Source of the DNA: Octopus sinensis
Lineage: Eukaryota
Length of the DNA: 64,000 nt
Assembly: GCF_006345805.1 (NCBI RefSeq)
Contig: NC_042999.1
Span: 25,544,001-25,608,000, forward strand
Reading direction: 5' to 3'
The notes under the pieces were generated by a model. The model was not told where the DNA came from, ran no database searches, and was given only the letters and a program-made list of their open reading frames with translations. Made by a program: the position numbers and the translations under genes. Positions 1-12,322 of this stretch are shown here, piece by piece; position 1 is the stretch's first letter; the number at the start of each line of letters is the position of its first letter.

Positions 1-300
1 AAGAAAATATGCGAGGTGGGAGAAGAAAATAAAAACAGAGAAAGAAGCGATGGAGATGGAACAAATAGAGAGAAAGTGGGGAGAAAGGGAGAAGAGAAGA
101 CGAAAGGAGAAAAGAAATGTAGGGAGAGGGAGGCAAAGTAACAGGTGGAGATTACAGAGAACAGAGTAAGAACAGCCAGAGTAGCAAGAAAGGACAAAAG
201 GAATGAACAGAAAGTACAGGAAAGTTTAGAAAGTATAAAAATAATAACATTAATAATAGTTCTACCTAAAGTTCAAAGAGTTCAAATGTTTCAGACGTCG
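1..300. repeat. Purine-rich (GA-rich) low-complexity tract
   Basis: Almost entirely A/G with degenerate GAGA/AGAA units. Confidence 0.8.
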
Positions 301-302
301 TG

Positions 303-333
<31 letters not shown>

Positions 334-360
334 CGAATATATATATATATTTATACATAC

Positions 361-431
<71 letters not shown>

Positions 432-515
432 GTATGCATATATATACAGACACACACATACACACACTCACACACACAGATATATATATGTATATATATA
501 TATATATATATATTT
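301..515. repeat. (TG)n/(TA)n/(CA)n compound microsatellite
   Basis: Direct reading; it accounts for the IYIYIY ORFs here. Confidence 0.95.
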
Positions 516-1149
516 AGCGCCATGAAGTTAGTAATTCCAATTCATTTTCCGATCATTCAGTTTCGCATTTCGGTCAAGCAATTTAGCATTCAAATGAGTC
601 TGAATGCGACCGAGCGTCTTTTCGAGCATTCAAATTCGCAAGTGATTATTCGTGTTCGGAATAAGTTTATTCAATTTAGCACTAATTTTACATGTACTTT
701 TAGTCATATTCTGAGAAGTGAATGTCAAAAATGTTTTGTCATGGAAATTTTATTATGTTGTTATAGCTACAAGGAAGAAATAAATTACGCCATGCTTCTA
801 ACACCATGGCGATAATTTTTTTCGCCACTTTGAATGACCCGATTATCAAATTGCATGATAGACGATTGAATAGGAATTCAAAATTCTATATTAAATCAAT
901 CACAGCTGAACTTACCAATCGGTTTCGCGTAAAGAATACAATGGAGTGTTAGATAATAATCCGATTATGTAACTTTACGCTGATAAGAGTTAGCCGATAT
1001 GGAAGGGAATATGGCGACTGCTCTCTATTGTCGGAGGTGGATTAGCACAAGCGATCAGCGGCTGCTGTGCGAAAAGGTGGTGAAACGAAAAAGGGTCAGG
1101 GGATAACATTAGGACTTATGTCCCTTGGTTGGGTATACTCTGAAGTCGG

Positions 1150-1745
1150 TAAGATTTATTTTATGCTGTACTCCGTGACACTTTATTTCAAAGCCTAGAC
1201 GTGCGTGGCTAGAGTTGTAGAATTACGACTCTCTTGGACGTTGATAGAAGACTTGTGGTTATTAAAGCGTGTTCTGAAGGGGCCTTCCGTTTCCCCCACA
1301 TACTTCCGCACGCTCGGTTGTCCATTGATTACTGTGACATTTTCCACATAAACAACTGTCTCCATATTGCAGTGCCCGTTAAGTGGGCATGTTGTGTTAC
1401 CCCTGCATGAGCATCCTGCCTCTGCTTCCGGTGTGGGCTTAAAACTACGAAAATCTTTTTTTACACTAGGGGTACAGCTAAAGAATAATCTTAGGGTACG
1501 TCTATTAATTATTTTGTTGAATCTATTGGGACGCGAGAAGTGTATATCAACTAAACTAAGGAAGATACTACCTACTCCGGTCTTAATGTTTAAAGAGGAT
1601 GACGGTGTGAATCACAGTACTTTCCCTGTGGAGATTTCTCTTGTGTGGACTAGGGTCTGGCATGTAACTATTATTATCTTTGAAGCTGCTGGCGGTAGGA
1701 GCCCGGTTGCACTATGGGGCGGCAGCATGTAAGGAAATACAAGTT
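1150..1745 (-). mobile_element. Penelope-like retroelement (PLE) relic: RT thumb/linker plus GIY-YIG endonuclease
   Basis: My minus-strand translation, open 1611->1198: FTPSSSLNIKTGVGSIFLSLVDIHFSRPNRFNKIINRRTLRLFFSCTPSV...GCSCRGNTTCPLNGHCNMETVVYVENVTVINGQPSVRKYVGETEGPFRTRFNNHKSSINVQESRNSTTLATHV*. This matches the PLE pattern WFNPP..VKTNIG..FL.L...HF / CNCR...CPL.G.C / V.Y...Y.G.T...F..R..NH. Trp codons are mutated to stops. It has no early ATG, so it is absent from the ORF track. Confidence 0.88.
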
Positions 1746-1785
1746 GGCGCGCGCCAACTTTACTGAAACCACACGTCCCCGGATT

Positions 1786-1824
1786 AGATATATATGTGTG
1801 CGTGAGTGTGTATGTCTGTGGTTG

Positions 1825-1855
<31 letters not shown>

Positions 1856-2095
1856 ATATATATATGTGTGTGTATATATATAAACATATTTATATATATA
1901 CATATATATGTGTGTGTGTGTGTGTGTATACATATACCTTAAACTACAATTTAATATACAAAGAACACCTGACACACACATGCATATAGAAACACATACG
2001 TACACGCACACACACATACGCACACACACATCCACACACCCACACACACACATATATCACATGCATATTCATGTGAATGTATGTATATATGTGGT
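1786..2095. repeat. (TA)n/(TG)n/(CA)n compound microsatellite
   Basis: Direct reading. Confidence 0.9.
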
Positions 2096-2553
2096 TCGTA
2101 TATTGTAAGTAATGCAACGTTAGTATATCTTTCCCTCTCTTTCTTTTTGTCTCTCACTGTCTAGATTACTTATTTGTTGCTCACTGTGTCATGTGCCTCT
2201 CTACAGTCTTTCTAAAATCTTCTCCTTCACTTCCTCTGTCTATTTTATTTCTTTCTCTCTCTCCTCCTTCTCCTCCTCTCTCTCCCCTTCTTGTTGTTGC
2301 TGTTCTATCATTAGTTAACAAGCAAGTGAAACAAGTTGAAATGTTAATTGCCACTTAAACATTTGATTTCAATATATTTCTTCATTTGCATTTCGAAAAT
2401 GGAAACTATTTAAAAATTCTTAAGGCAAGTTTGTTTTTCCCTTTTTAGGCAAACACACTCACACACACACACATCTTCATACTCAGATACGCACATGCAA
2501 GCTTGTATGCATATATGTATACATGTATAAATATTTTATATCGATATGTATAC

Positions 2554-2599
<46 letters not shown>

Positions 2600-2605
2600 A
2601 TTATA

Positions 2606-2700
2606 TATGTCGAGATGCACACTTGCATCTACAATGTATGTCGAGATGCACACTTGCAATGTATGTCGAGATGTCGAGATGCACACTTGCATCTACAATG
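2606..2700. repeat. Short minisatellite (about 30-bp unit ATGTCGAGATGCACACTTGCATCTACA, about 3 copies)
   Basis: Repeated unit visible; each contains an AGATGCA-CACT-TGCATCT hairpin. Confidence 0.8.
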
Positions 2701-2934
2701 ATGCTTCATTTTAAAAACGGGGAAACACAATATATATATATACTTGTGAGTTAAAATTTATAGTGAATCAGAGGCTCATTCTTACACGTATTTTCAAACA
2801 CGTGAGATAAATGCAGAATTAATCAAGCAACAATTGTCTGTAGTCGTTTCCGCCACATAGCAGTTTCGATGATTTTTATTAACCAAAGAGTGTTACATTG
2901 TTCTGTATATGATCTCAAATACTGTTTCAAATTC

Positions 2935-3125
2935 TGACACAAGGCCAGCAGCTTTAGTGGATGTGGGTTAGTCGATTACATCAACGCCAGTACTTGACCA
3001 TTACTGTACTCTATTGAGACGGAGGAACGACATCAGCGGAATTTGGACTCAGAATGTGAAGAGTCGGGAAAACGACTGCAGAGCATTTTGTTCGACACTG
3101 ATGATTCTGGTAATCCATCACCCCA
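2935..3125 (-). mobile_element. Degenerate SINE family A copy
   Basis: Reverse complement resembles the family A copies at 34202 and 44128 (gtcgattacatc, agcggaatttggactcagaa). Confidence 0.6.
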
Positions 3126-3288
3126 TACTATTTCTTGGACACTAATTTTTTAAAGGGAAATTACTTTATTCAAACCTGTAGCACCCAAGTGATATTAATG
3201 CACAAAGTTTCTCAGAGCTTGGTAGCTCTGATGCGGAATTGGTAAGTCTTGAACTTTCAAGTGAGTTAACTATAATAAGAAGAAATTT

Positions 3289-3713
3289 GGATCTTTTCGG
3301 TTTGAATGGCAGTTTTTTCTAGCGGTGTCATATGAAATTGTCACCAAAAATTATGACCCTAGTGTCGATCTATTGCATTTCAATCTCTTTTAGGGTTAGA
3401 GTTAGCTAGGGTTAGGAGTGGGGGGAAGGGTATCTTTTTTCTTCACAAATGTAAATAAACCCAATCTGTTTCTTAAACGAGGGACATATTAATACGGCAC
3501 ATAATGTTTTTTACCTCAATGGACGGCAGTGATTGGTTGAAAATGCAGAAATTGAAGAAAAAAACAACAAATATCTTACAAACTATAGAATTTTCTCAAT
3601 AAAGCCAAGAGAAAAAGATGTTTTATAAACACATTCTACAAGTATATGAAGTTAAAATTTTTTTAGTTACCTAGAAATTATGTTAAACACTGCCGTTCAA
3701 ACCGAAAAGATCC
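3289..3713. mobile_element. 425-bp MITE with about 25-bp TIRs and 8-bp TSD (hAT-like)
   Basis: Left GGATCTTTTCGGTTTGAATGGCAGT vs right ACTGCCGTTCAAACCGAAAAGATCC (1 mismatch); flanks AGAAATTT (3281-3288) and GGAAATTT (3714-3721). Confidence 0.85.
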
Positions 3714-4294
3714 GGAAATTTTTCTAATGAGATTTTAATATATAAAACTTTTTATTTACATAAAATCTGTCAAAAGGATGATGGAATGGTAAAATGTGGT
3801 AAAAAGTGGTAGTAGAGAGCCATAATAAATAGACCAGTAGTCGGTCGACAGACAGAAGGTTAGGAAGGTCGAGAGTACGGGTAGACTGTGTTGATTGTCG
3901 TGTCTGTGCCGATATAGTAATTATGCTGTGATACTGAGTGGACGTTATATAGGTCCAGCCTTTCAGGATAATAGCACTGTACGACTGGGGGTCGTACAGT
4001 GACAGATGGAAACATTCTATCGATGACTTCCGAATATAACAATATCTGTCCGCCACAAGCGTCGTCAAAAGACAGATACAAAAGTGGTAAAAGACTGCTT
4101 TACCACAGGTTTCTCAGTTTTCAATTTGGAAAGAGACATTTTCCCTCTTCACCAGAATGAGCATAACTCCTTCTGCTAATGGAAGCAAAACGCTGAAATT
4201 AAGTGAATAGTGAAATTAAGTAAATTTAATAAATGTGAAAACGTAAATGTACCTAACTAGGTAGGAGGCAGCATTTTTAGAGTTAACTTGTAGT

Positions 4295-4480
4295 ATTAGT
4301 GTGCTAAAAGCGGCAGAATCGCTAGTACGCCGGGCAAAAAAGTAGTAGCATTTCCTCTATCTTTGTGTTCTGAGCTCAAATGCCATTGAGGTCAATTTTA
4401 GCTTTCATACCTTACGAGGTCTCAAAAACAAGTACTATTCAAGTACTGCGATTGATGTAATGGACTATTCCTGTCTCAAA
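4295..4480 (+). mobile_element. Degenerate SINE family A copy
   Basis: gcggcagaatcgctagtacgccgggcaaaa...ttctgagctcaaatgccattgaggtcaatttt resembles the family A head and body. Confidence 0.55.
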
Positions 4481-4730
4481 AAATATTTAACGCACAGAAC
4501 CTGCAGCGGAAAGATTATTGCAGTAAAGTCCACGTTTATAAAATAGTTTACTTATTAATATAATATAGGGTGGATCAGATAGTTCATATGTGGACATCGT
4601 ATAAGTAATTAATGTGGAAAGATATTACAGCTAATTAGTTCATATGTGGTAATGCTGAATTACTAATCAAAATCAGTTCAGTCCTGATGAGATGCATGTG
4701 TGTGACAGTGCGCGCGCACAAAGACAGACG

Positions 4731-4747
4731 GACACACACACACACAC

Positions 4748-4798
<51 letters not shown>
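4731..4798. repeat. (CA)n microsatellite
   Basis: Direct reading. Confidence 0.95.
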
Positions 4799-4799
<1 letters not shown>

Positions 4800-5690
4800 C
4801 GACATCAACAAATTTGTAAATAGGAAGAGCCGTGATATCTTTATAGACAGATACACAAACACGTCTAAATATATGATCGTTTACGTCTATAAATACGCAG
4901 GTATATCGCAATTAGAGACTGACACAGCATAGACCATAACTCAACTGCATGAATAAAGTATACCTTGTTGACAATAATAGGAATGAAGAAAATGATAAAT
5001 GCATATTAAAACACGTCAGAAAATCATAAAATATGATAAATTATTTATACAACGTATCCGCATAATGCCACGAAGTGAATATCGAAGTTCTGATGAATAA
5101 TTAGTAATTCTTAGAAAATGTTACAAAATAGTTAACATATGATCAGTCATATAAATGAGAATAAATTTGAATAAATGATCAATACAGATATAAATAATTG
5201 ATGAAGTCCTCATTTGCAAGATAAGTAATGCGAATGTAATAATACTGGAAAGGAATTATTTAAACTGAATTGTAAAATTAAATCGGTATTTATGACATTA
5301 TTATTTGCAAGTTAATTCAAGATAACGTCAGTTACAAATACAGCAATATGTATATGTAGGAATCTTAGCGCTGTATATAATGAAATTATTAATGAGCAAT
5401 TTCTGAATGAATATGACATAAGAGAATAAGTATATGTACATGCTATTTCAATAATATCATATCACATCATTAATGATATATAATTAGCTGATATAAGGCG
5501 GCGAGCTGGCAAAATTATTAACACACCGGACAAAATGCTTAGCTTGCTAATTATTCAGAGAATTGTTATGGTGTGAAATCAATGGTAGCCTTTTAAACCG
5601 ATAAATAAAAAATATTTTTCCACCAATGAGTGTTGAGCACTTATTCTCACTGTTCGATATTATCTTATCTATATATCATGTATATGCATA

Positions 5691-6591
5691 ACTAGCTGAC
5701 GTACCCGGCAAAACGGGGCATATCCTTAGGTTCCGCTACAATAATTGCTTCGCTAATCCAATAAGAGCAATACAAAGTATGTAACCCTTAAAACGGTTTT
5801 TGTGTATTTGCAGAGAATAGCGAACTGTCTTATACAGGATCTTGTTTTTAAGAAACCCCAATAAGTTATGAATACTCAAATTGTGAAGGCAGTTATGTCA
5901 TAACATGAAATTAGTTACCCGACAATAAGAATTCAAATAAAGTAGCCCCAAAAAGGGCGTTAATGCATTCTCAAAGTATATAGAACATAGGAAGAAATTC
6001 TAATAGGGTATGTATAGTAAAATCGTGAAGTATGTTACGTAATAACAGGCTAATCAGATATGAGATAATAACAATTCAAAGTAAATAACTCTGAAAAGGG
6101 CTTTTGTGCGTTCCCAGAGAAGATTACTCCTAGGGGCACTAGTGTAGGTATATTCGTAAATAAGTCACTAACCGAAATATGTGGATCTATTGTTTCGGAA
6201 AATACTATTATTTCAGGGTTCTACTGGATAAATTGCGAAAATGAATCTAACAGTTCAAATACTAAAAAATAAGCATACTCAATTTGATTTATACTAAATA
6301 ATTTAAGAAAAGGAATGGGTTATTTCCCTGTTGTATATATAAGGGTCTATTTCAGGGGTGATTGGGTTACTTCCTTTCTCTTCTAAAATAAAATATATTA
6401 GATATATAAAAAGATCCCTTCCAGGGGCTCTATTATCGATTTTTCAACAATTTGAGTATGTCATGAGGTTTCCAGGCATGCGTTCCACTCACGTATCAAG
6501 TTTCATCAAAATCGATAAAACGATGTAGGAGGAGTTAGCTAACAACTCTACATATGCACCCACAGAAGAATTTCCGACATATGTAGTAGAT
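5691..6591 (+). mobile_element. Putative non-autonomous rolling-circle (Helitron/Helentron-associated, Lep1/DINE-like) element
   Basis: Starts ACTAGCTGACGTACCCGGCAAAACGGGG (short hairpin) and ends ...CAAGTTTCATCAAAATCGATAAAACGATGTAGGAGGAGTT...TAGTAGAT, resembling the termini of such elements from memory. Degenerate internal repeats at about 5920-5980 and 6065-6120. Confidence 0.45.
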
Positions 6592-6818
6592 GTATATTGT
6601 TTATCGTTTATCTTCTATTTGTTTCAATCATTGGAGCACCTGGAAGAGTTTAGTGGAACTAATCGTCCCAGTACCTTTTTTCAAAGCCTGGTATTTATAC
6701 TATCGATTTATTTATACAAACGACACTCTACGTTACAGGGACATAAACAAACAAACCCTGTTGTAAAGGGGGCGAGGAGGAAGAAAGACAGGAACAAAGA
6801 CGCACAGATATAGAAACA

Positions 6819-7115
<297 letters not shown>

Positions 7116-7559
7116 ATATACATGCGAAAGTTTTCCGTCTACATGATCAACTCAGAAGACTTTGGTCCATTCAGGTTTATAGTATGAGACCTGTCTATAT
7201 ATATATATATAGTATAATAATGCATAAGTGCATATATCTATACATTTATCTATATAAAATTTGTATTGTACATATATCATATATGCATGTAAAATTCATG
7301 AAAACGCTTGTAATATATAGGAAGTATATATAATATTAAAGGAATATATATAATACATTAATACGTAATATAAATTTGAAGTCATTCTTTTCGTAACAAA
7401 AAAAGATAATAAACCGCAGGAAACATTAAGAAGTGGGTATATGGTTAAAGGTATCTGCCGTGGCACCTCACATAGTGAGTTTCCTTCCTGCCATGATAGA
7501 ATTTGTCTTTCATGTTCTCAGGTCGAGTACAATTCAGATACTGCCTAGATTTTATGGAC

Positions 7560-7975
7560 AAACAGTCTACCTCAAAATTTTGAGGCAGGCCGTTTGCCCA
7601 TAACATCTCACAAGTATCTGAATTGTACTCGACCCTGAATAAATGAAAGCCAAATTCTATCATGGCAGGAATTAAACTCGCCGTATGAGAGCCACGATAG
7701 ATACCGTTGACGATATATCAATTTCTTAATGTTTCCAGCGTTTTATATTTGTTAACGAAAAGATTGACTTCAAATTAAGGAGCAAGGCTAGCGATATTAG
7801 AGAAGATGCTCAGTTGTTTATATCGTCACCTTTACTTGACTAGAACTTATTTTAGCAACTCCGTAACACAAAGATATAACCGGCTGTATTTGAACTCAGA
7901 ACCGAGATAGTCAGAACAAATGCCGTTACGCATTTTCTCTGACGCTAACGATTCTGCTGACTCGCAGCCTTTTAT
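7560..7975 (-). mobile_element. Two degenerate SINE family A fragments
   Basis: gtactcgaccctgaataaatgaaagccaaattc (7625-7655) and gtatttgaactcagaacc...ctaacgattctgctgactcgcagcc (7885-7970). Confidence 0.5.
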
Positions 7976-9966
7976 ATTAGTCAAAACCTCGCAATATTCA
8001 GTGTCTGAAATATTGTGCCAAAATGACTAATTTCCAAAAATTTAATCTAGACGGGACTGATTGAAGAGATATATTTCTTCTAGATCATAAAGAAACATAT
8101 TAAATTTTGAATCTCCAAAATATTTTATGAAAGGCATCATTAATTTTCTTCGACATCTAGTAAAACTAACTGTATCAAAAAAGTTTTGTCACAAAATAGA
8201 AAGTTAACTTTTAGCTACAAATTATATTTTGTGTAGCAATTTAAAATCTAGTTTCAAAACTAAATTTACATTTAAAAGCTAATGGAAATTTGTTGCAGAG
8301 GCAAATGCATACTCATATGAGTGGTTATAATTAATAGCTCCAAAATATATGACTTCCAATATATTTGGTCGTTCGTTTGTTTGTTTCTTCATAAGCTTTG
8401 AAACAGCAATTCCACTCTTTAAATCACAGCAACGACGAATAAATTGAGGATCTGATCGGCATCTTTCAAGATCATATAGTAATAAAGATTATACACAACA
8501 GTTCAAGTTAAATTTACATTGTTGCTTTCTTGCAAAATTGATTCTTGGAGGGAACGTTGTTCACTATATCCTGCTTTTTACGCATTTCCCTCAAAGCAGA
8601 GACATCTGGAATGGTGGCTTGAAACATTTCTGTCAAATATTCGGTTACATTTACAGTGAGTGATACAAGAGTCTCATCTTCCTCCCTTGTGAAAAAGGCG
8701 TTTGAAAAATAGTTTTACGCGGGGCAGCAGAAGCCTCATGCAATTTGCTATTCAGTATTGTTACAACATTTGCAGCTTTAATATGATTGTCTAAATTTAC
8801 ACTGACTTTCTTTTTACTTCCAGCGTCAAAACGTGAAATCACTATCTGCTGTTTTTGCCGAAAACACACAGAATAATGCACTATTTCATTATTGTTTTTC
8901 TATGCTTCTTCGATACTTTATCTGCCATTAAATATAACGAGACCTAAGTAAAAAGTAGATGAAGTCTCGTTGTGTAGTTTGGTAGCAGTGAATTGTAGAA
9001 TTTGAATTATTATGTAGAATAAATACAAAATTGTCACGGCGATATGCCAGTCGATATCAAATAGTTTCTACTCTCAATCAACATTTCGGAATCAGTAACT
9101 TGAAAGCAGCTACACTAAAATATCCCTAACCACATTTAATATTGTACTCAGGCACCTTTCCCAGATTTGTGGTTTTTTTTTTTTACCTTAAACTGATAGA
9201 AGATCACTTAATAATATACGGCAACATAACACGAAGGTAAGAATGTCCCAGAAGTTGAGAGTGAATGAAATCAATTCGGTAACCATTTATATTGGCTGCG
9301 AAACTGAAAAAGTTCAATACAGTTCTATGAAGGAATAAGTACTAGGTGTTCAAGTGAAAGGATGTTTTTTTCATTTACTCCGAATTGTAAAAATATTAAG
9401 AATGGATTTAATATATCTCTGTTTATCGGTGCTTTGTGTGAATTGGCTCATTTTTTGTACATTTTAATATTTCCTTCTTTCTCGTGTTTCCTCTAGGGTA
9501 GTGTTTTACCGTTTCTACCTTTTTGCTCTTCTTCGCTCAATTCTTCTCTGTATGTATGTATATGTTTATGACTCTCTCACACACTCTCTCTTTTTTCTTT
9601 CTCTTTTTCTCATTCTTTATATATGTTCAAATTTGTGTGTGTGTTTGCTTCCGACACCAAAGTCAATAGTCTGCAAAATAGCAATCACCAAAACAGGTGT
9701 GGCACCAAAACTGTCGTTTTTAAGCATGTGGAGACGAAACCGCTGTGCCCAATCGTTTAATTGCAAGCTTTTAACGCATGTGGTAGGATCGGGTAGGTTT
9801 GTGTTTCAGCTACACCTTGAGTTTACAAGCAACAGAAAGTATTGCACATCGTCATAAATGGTTAAGGACTTGTGGTTCTCTGATCTTCTAAGATAGAATG
9901 TTTTATCCTTTGGCTCGTGCCTAGATTCTTGTTAATCGAAACCTGATTTTAAATCTGGTTATTACG

Positions 9967-10032
<66 letters not shown>

Positions 10033-10124
10033 CCTATTCGTCTGTCTGTCTGTCTGCCTGCCTGTCTGTCCTTCTGTCTGTCTGTCCTTCTGTATGTCTG
10101 TCCTTCTGTCTGTTTGTATGTCTA

Positions 10125-10156
<32 letters not shown>

Positions 10157-10215
10157 TCTATCGGTCTGTCTGACTGTCTATCTATCTTTCTATCTATCTA
10201 TCTATCTATCTATCC

Positions 10216-10280
<65 letters not shown>

Positions 10281-10389
10281 ATCTATCTATCTATCTACCT
10301 ATTCGTCTGTCTGTCTGTCTGCCTGCCTGTCTGTCCTTCTGTCTGTCTGTCCTTCTGTATGTCTGTCCTTCTGTCTGTTTGTATGTCTA

Positions 10390-10421
<32 letters not shown>

Positions 10422-10480
10422 TCTATCGGTCTGTCTGACTGTCTATCTATCTTTCTATCTATCTATCTATCTATCTATCC

Positions 10481-10549
<69 letters not shown>

Positions 10550-10615
10550 GATAGATAGATAGATAGATAGATAGAGATAGAGAGAGAGAGAAAGAGAGAG
10601 AGAGAGAGCGAGAGA
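9967..10615. repeat. Compound (TCTA)n/(TCTG)n array with a 265-bp internal tandem duplication and an inverted (TAGA)n/(GA)n end
   Basis: The ORFs starting at 10094 and 10359 begin with the same long sequence (period 265); the strand switches CTAT->AGAT at about 10549. Confidence 0.9.
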
Positions 10616-11269
10616 GCTAAGTAGCTAGCTTGTTAGTTAGCTGTCTCTCTGTCCGTCCGTCTATCTGTCTGTCATCTGTCTATTTATTCATTCATTCATC
10701 TACTTGTCTTTCCGTGTATCTCTCTACTGCCTTGTTTCTATCTACCTACTTAAAGACCGACCTAACTACATGTCTATCTACCCTATTTCTACCTGTCTAA
10801 ATATGTATTTATCCATTCATCAGCGTACGTGTGAATTACTTACTGAACATGTTCATATAAATGGGACTGAGTCAACTGATGTGTGTCTCACTCTATTTCG
10901 TTTCATAAAGTTCTCCAAATAAATTTCGTAATGGTTTGCACGATGAAGAAAGTTGAACAACCATTAATTTCATGGCTGCTTTTCTGGAAACCGAAAGTAA
11001 ATTATGGTTAGAGATATTAATCAAGACATCTCGCAGCCAAACTAAATTGGAGAATGATATACTAGAAGCTCTATCTCCATTTAGGAAGTGAAATCTAATT
11101 ACTTATGATGTCGAGTTATGCTAATTTAACAAAACTAGCTTAAACTGGAGATTAACCATTATCCTCTTGGGACACATTGATCCTTCTTTTGTTCTTCATC
11201 GATATTAATTGGTCTGAATATCTATCGTCTGATCAGAGAAAGCTTTCAGGCGTTAAGGAATAGAAAAGG

Positions 11270-11490
11270 AAAATGAAAAAAGCAGTTGAATGTGAAACAG
11301 TTCTTATTATACGTGCAGTTATTTCTTTGCGGTTTGGAACGAAAGACGGAGGTACAGCGCCCAAGACTTATACATCCCGTTTAGATTTCAGCGGTACAGT
11401 TCAAATTGAACATTTGAAAATCAGTGTCTGCTGGAGCGAATTTCAAGGATCTGGACAGGATGGGTGTGGGTGGTGCGTAATATTAATAAC
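11270..11490 (+). mobile_element. Possible very degenerate RLE-LINE 3' end preceding (TAA)n
   Basis: CETVLIIRAV and IEHL..S.LL resemble the ETIPIIVGALG / IQKIALLG motifs of the 37.4-kb elements. Confidence 0.3.
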
Positions 11491-11499
11491 ATAATATAG

Positions 11500-11604
11500 T
11501 ATAATCTAATATATATGTGAAATATGGCAATAATAATAATAATAATGACAATAATAATGATGATGATGATAATAATATAGTAGTAGTAGTAGTAGTAGTA
11601 GTAG

Positions 11605-11690
<86 letters not shown>
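11500..11690. repeat. (TAA)n/(GAT)n/(TAG)n microsatellite
   Basis: Direct reading. Confidence 0.95.
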
Positions 11691-11691
<1 letters not shown>

Positions 11692-11910
11692 ACACGGACG
11701 CCTCCAGCCGTAGCTCACCAAAATATGAAAAATTCGGATATCATGAAATCCAAGCTAAAAATTACCGGGGTCTGGCAGAAATGATATTTAATGCTTAAAA
11801 CTCTGAATGTAGATTAAAGGTCTGAATGTAGATTAAATTAGCGTGAGATGTAAAACATGGAATAAAAATTTAAGTCTTATAAATGATGTGCACTTAGAGA
11901 GGGGATATAC

Positions 11911-12115
11911 TTACTCTTTTACTCTCTTACTCTTTTACTTGTTTCAGTCATTTGACTGTGGCCGTGCTGGAGCACCGCCTTTAGTCGAGCAAATCGACTC
12001 CAGGACTTACTGTTCGTAAGCCCAGTACTTATTCTATCGGTCTCTTTCGCCGAACCGCTAAGTTACGGGGACGTAAATACACCAGCATCGGTTGTCAAGC
12101 GATGTTGTGGCGGAG

Positions 12116-12150
<35 letters not shown>

Positions 12151-12322
12151 TATATACGACGGGCTTCTTTCAGTTTCCGTCTACCAAATTCACTCACAAG
12201 GCTTTGGTCGGCCCGAGGCTATAGTAAAAAACACTTGACCAAGGTGCCACGCAGTGTGACTGAAACCGGGAACCATCTGGTTGGTAAGCAAGCTACTTAC
12301 CACACAGCCGCTCCTTCGCCTA
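11911..12322 (-). mobile_element. SINE family B, full length, with internal (CA)n/(TA)n and (GAGTAAA)-like tail
   Basis: Matches the copies at 15401, 28691, 31961 and 51659; head GGCTGTGTGGTAAGTAGCTTGCTTACCAACCA..GGTTCC..GTTCAGTC resembles a tRNA-like A/B box. Confidence 0.9.

Noticed and set aside
516-1100. Non-repetitive segment downstream of the PLE relic, possibly the N-terminal part of a tandem PLE copy
   Set aside because: Minus-strand frames contain multiple stops and no motif I can identify.
4681-4720. CTGATGAG hammerhead-like heptamer
   Set aside because: No stem II or GAAA follows.
8050-8900. Possible decayed DNA-transposon ORF on the minus strand
   Set aside because: Protein-like stretches, but no recognisable catalytic motif or termini.
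9915-9962. GATT-loop-AATC-GAAA-CC...GGT, resembling HHR stems II and III
   Set aside because: The 5' core (CUGANGA) is absent.
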